A stretch of DNA of 58,635 bases from Opitutia bacterium (GTDB taxonomy: Bacteria > Verrucomicrobiota > Verrucomicrobiia > Opitutales > T3Sed10-336): NCBI GenBank assembly GCA_003566375.1, contig PXDN01000313.1, forward strand, positions 1 to 58,635, given 5' to 3'. This document shows positions 56,290 through 58,635 of the stretch, in pieces (positions within the stretch are counted from its first letter, which is position 1; each line of letters begins with the position of its first letter). The notes beneath the pieces are model-generated. The model was not told the origin of the DNA, ran no database searches, and was given only the letters and a program-made list of their open reading frames with translations. Both the position numbers and the translations under genes were made by a program.

Positions 56290-56967
56290 ATGAACATACC
56301 AATCCTATCATCCTGCTTGTTTATCACCTCCGTTTCCCTGGTCAGCGCGTCGCTGGTCATTGAAAACTTTGACAGTTACGAATCCACCGGCGCTCTCCAG
56401 TCCAATTGGAATTCATTTGGCACCGCGGCCACGGCCGGAGCGCCGGTCTTGCACATCGGCGAGGGGGTCGGCGGTTCGAACGCCGCGCGTTTCGCCCTGG
56501 ATTGGCGCGGGGTAAACAACACCAACGCCAACGCGCGCCGCATTAACCTCAACAACCTCGACCTGAGCGGGTATAGCGCCCTTTCCGTGGTGGCCTTCAT
56601 CGAAACCCGAGCCACGTTCGAAGCCCCGCCAAATCCGACGGTTTTTAAAGTCGCGATCCAAGGAGCCAACAATGCCATTTGGCAAACACCCAACTTATTT
56701 GCTCCCACAATCGAAAATGACACCTACCAAAATTATGTTTTCCAGTTTTCCGATTTGCAGCTCGTTGACGGTGGCGGCGCCTTGATGGATGTCCTTCTGG
56801 ATGTTTCGAACATACGGTTGCGTTTTGAAAACGCGCCCAACATCGAAAGCCGCCAGGATGTTTACTTTGACAGCGTGGCCGCCATTCCCGAGCCCGGCAC
56901 CTGGGGCGTTATTTTGGGCAGCGTCGGTTTGGTTATGGTGTATCTCCGCCGCCGAGCCAAATCCTGA
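56290..56967 (+). CDS. CBM-like beta-sandwich protein, paralogue 3, with PEP-CTERM anchor
   Basis: 225 aa. Signal peptide, then ENFDSY...NWNSFG...GSNAARFALDWRGVNNTNANARRINL...NPTVFKVAIQGANNAIWQTP...IRLRFEN. C-terminal IPEP-GTWGVILGSVGLVMVYL-RRRAKS. Confidence 0.8.
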   Translation: MNIPILSSCLFITSVSLVSASLVIENFDSYESTGALQSNWNSFGTAATAGAPVLHIGEGVGGSNAARFALDWRGVNNTNANARRINLNNLDLSGYSALSVVAFIETRATFEAPPNPTVFKVAIQGANNAIWQTPNLFAPTIENDTYQNYVFQFSDLQLVDGGGALMDVLLDVSNIRLRFENAPNIESRQDVYFDSVAAIPEPGTWGVILGSVGLVMVYLRRRAKS

Positions 56968-57002
56968 AACCGTTTTCCGGTATCCAAGGTCCTCCTTCTC
57001 CC

Positions 57003-58556
57003 ATGCTTGTCTTTCACATTGACATGAACTTCACCTCGCTGAGGGAAGATTATCTTTGTGAATGGCTGCAACGTTTGAGTGGCATGGGCTACACCGCCAT
57101 CCTGTGGGAGTTGGAGGACAAGATACTTTGGGATACCTGCCCTGAATGCGTTTCGAAGGAAGCGTTTACAAAACAAACTTTTCGCAGGGTGTTGGAGCGT
57201 TCCCGGTCGCTCGGCCTTGAAAACATTCCCCTGCTGCAAACCATCGGCCATGCCGAATATGTCCTCAAGCACCCGCGTTTTCATTCTTGGCGGGAAGATC
57301 CGGGGTGGCCGGACTGCTACTGCACTTCACGCCTCGAAGTCAGGGCTTTTCTGAAAAAGTGGATTTCCGAATACATCGAATTATTTGATGGTGACGTCAA
57401 ACGGTTCCACTTGGGTGGAGACGAGGCGTATCGTTTCGCAACCTGTCCCGCTTGCCGCGCCCAAGCCGAAAAAGTTGGAATCAGCCAGCACTACGCGAAC
57501 CATCTCAGCGATCTCGCCACGGTCTTGATGCCAAAAAACATCATTCCCGCCGCATGGGGTGACATGATGCTGGCCAATCCGGAGCAAATCGAAGCCATGC
57601 CCCGCCATTTTGAGATTTGGGATTGGAATTATTGGGATGGCATTGCGTCCCCTGAACAAACCCAGGTCTGGGGCCGGGGAATGCTTTCCAAGCGGGAGAT
57701 CGCGCCCTCAATCCATGGCAAATTTCCGGAATTGCTTTCCCAAAAGGGTGACATCAATCCGTTCCACAGCGCCACCTTTCTCAAAAACCGCGGCTGGAAT
57801 GTCGTCCTGTGCGGTTCAACGCGCGCTTTCGGGGATTCCTTTTTCGTTGGATGCCACGACGTGCACGCGCCTAATGTCGTGGGCGTGTCCCGGACGGTCC
57901 GCCGGGAGGGCATGACCGGCGCCTGTGTCACAAGCTGGGGCGTGCGGGTTCACCCGTGGGAGGTCCAGTATCCCAGCATTCGAATGGCGGCGCTGGCTTG
58001 GGCTCGACCTGACTTGGACTTTCATCAAATCGAGTCCAGTTCCCTTGAGGACTGCCTTGGTTCCGTGCCCGCGGCCCTGTTGGAGGATTTGGGTAGACCG
58101 TTTCCGTTTTTCAGGCACCGTGAAAACGGTATCCAATTCAACCGCCTTAAAGATCCCGTGCCAGCCCCCGATGGATACATCCATGACTTGGTGGATACAT
58201 GGCGTCAAAACCTGGATCGATGGAACGGTATTGAACGGGAAGTCGCCGAAGGCCGGGATCACATGGTCTCCACGGTTTCCCGACTGAAAGAACATCTGAC
58301 GAAGGGGACTCCCGATCCCTCCGTTTCAGCAGCCATGCTTCAAGCGGCCAAATTTCAAACGCATGCGGTGGAAATCGGCGCGGATGTCATTCAGGCGGCC
58401 AATGGAATTCATTCCACGGACGCCGCTGTTGAGAAACTCAAAACCACCCGCAAGGCCATGGCGGCATGGACTGGAAAATGGATGACGCCATTACACGCGG
58501 AGCTGATCGCGGGTCTTGTTTTTGGCGGGCTGGAAGGGTATTTTCGGCGTTCTTGA
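57003..58556 (+). CDS. GH20-like glycoside hydrolase (beta-N-acetylhexosaminidase family)
   Basis: 517 aa with no signal peptide. VFHIDMNFTSL..., IPLLQTIGHAEY, and the catalytic-pair context KRFHLGGDEAY. It starts 36 nt after paralogue 3, so it is probably co-transcribed. Confidence 0.6.
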   Translation: MLVFHIDMNFTSLREDYLCEWLQRLSGMGYTAILWELEDKILWDTCPECVSKEAFTKQTFRRVLERSRSLGLENIPLLQTIGHAEYVLKHPRFHSWREDPGWPDCYCTSRLEVRAFLKKWISEYIELFDGDVKRFHLGGDEAYRFATCPACRAQAEKVGISQHYANHLSDLATVLMPKNIIPAAWGDMMLANPEQIEAMPRHFEIWDWNYWDGIASPEQTQVWGRGMLSKREIAPSIHGKFPELLSQKGDINPFHSATFLKNRGWNVVLCGSTRAFGDSFFVGCHDVHAPNVVGVSRTVRREGMTGACVTSWGVRVHPWEVQYPSIRMAALAWARPDLDFHQIESSSLEDCLGSVPAALLEDLGRPFPFFRHRENGIQFNRLKDPVPAPDGYIHDLVDTWRQNLDRWNGIEREVAEGRDHMVSTVSRLKEHLTKGTPDPSVSAAMLQAAKFQTHAVEIGADVIQAANGIHSTDAAVEKLKTTRKAMAAWTGKWMTPLHAELIAGLVFGGLEGYFRRS

Positions 58557-58635
58557 TTTTATTTTCACCATCAACCTACTTACGCAGATCTAATTGGAGA
58601 CTGTTTGGTCGGCCCAACCGAATGGCCGGGGCAGC

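Overview
This is a 58.6-kb high-GC chromosomal segment with about 40 protein-coding genes. I recognised no rRNA, tRNA, CRISPR array, transposase, phage gene or canonical defence gene. Several protein signatures suggest a PVC-superphylum bacterium, most likely Verrucomicrobiota; this is an inference. The signatures are three PEP-CTERM-anchored proteins, two prepilin-type N-terminal (H-X9-DG-like) proteins, many large secreted glycan-active enzymes, and a recurring ...GxPNLLxYAFG...STDLxxW...FxRxR C-terminal module.

The left third (1-20 kb) is mostly housekeeping: mazG, a YgjP-like hydrolase, a Xer recombinase, korAB, sufT, an M24 peptidase, an NSS transporter, folE2 and dinB. The middle holds a 1,947-aa surface protein flanked by structured intergenic repeats, followed by secreted hydrolases. 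A five-gene minus-strand operon ends in an alkaline-phosphatase/EEP fusion. The right end (47-58.6 kb) is a glycan-utilisation-like locus.

Note that the ORF track translates GTG/TTG starts as M. Many track ORFs are N-terminally over-extended or are antisense shadow ORFs, so I re-set starts where a signal peptide, conserved motif or neighbouring gene justified it.

I found no self-evident complete new system. The best candidates for undescribed biology are:
- an ABC sugar importer with a tethered binding protein, a ~390-aa insertion in the second permease, and an in-frame TAA at the EAA-loop glutamate;
- three CBM-like paralogues with alternative C-terminal anchors that organise that locus;
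- an array of 14-15 contiguous EF-hand-like 12-residue loops in the giant protein;
- the DUF5069/HAD/lipoprotein/GH15-like/AlkP-EEP operon;
- the recurrent C-terminal module.

All functional calls come from motif recognition by eye, not database searches.
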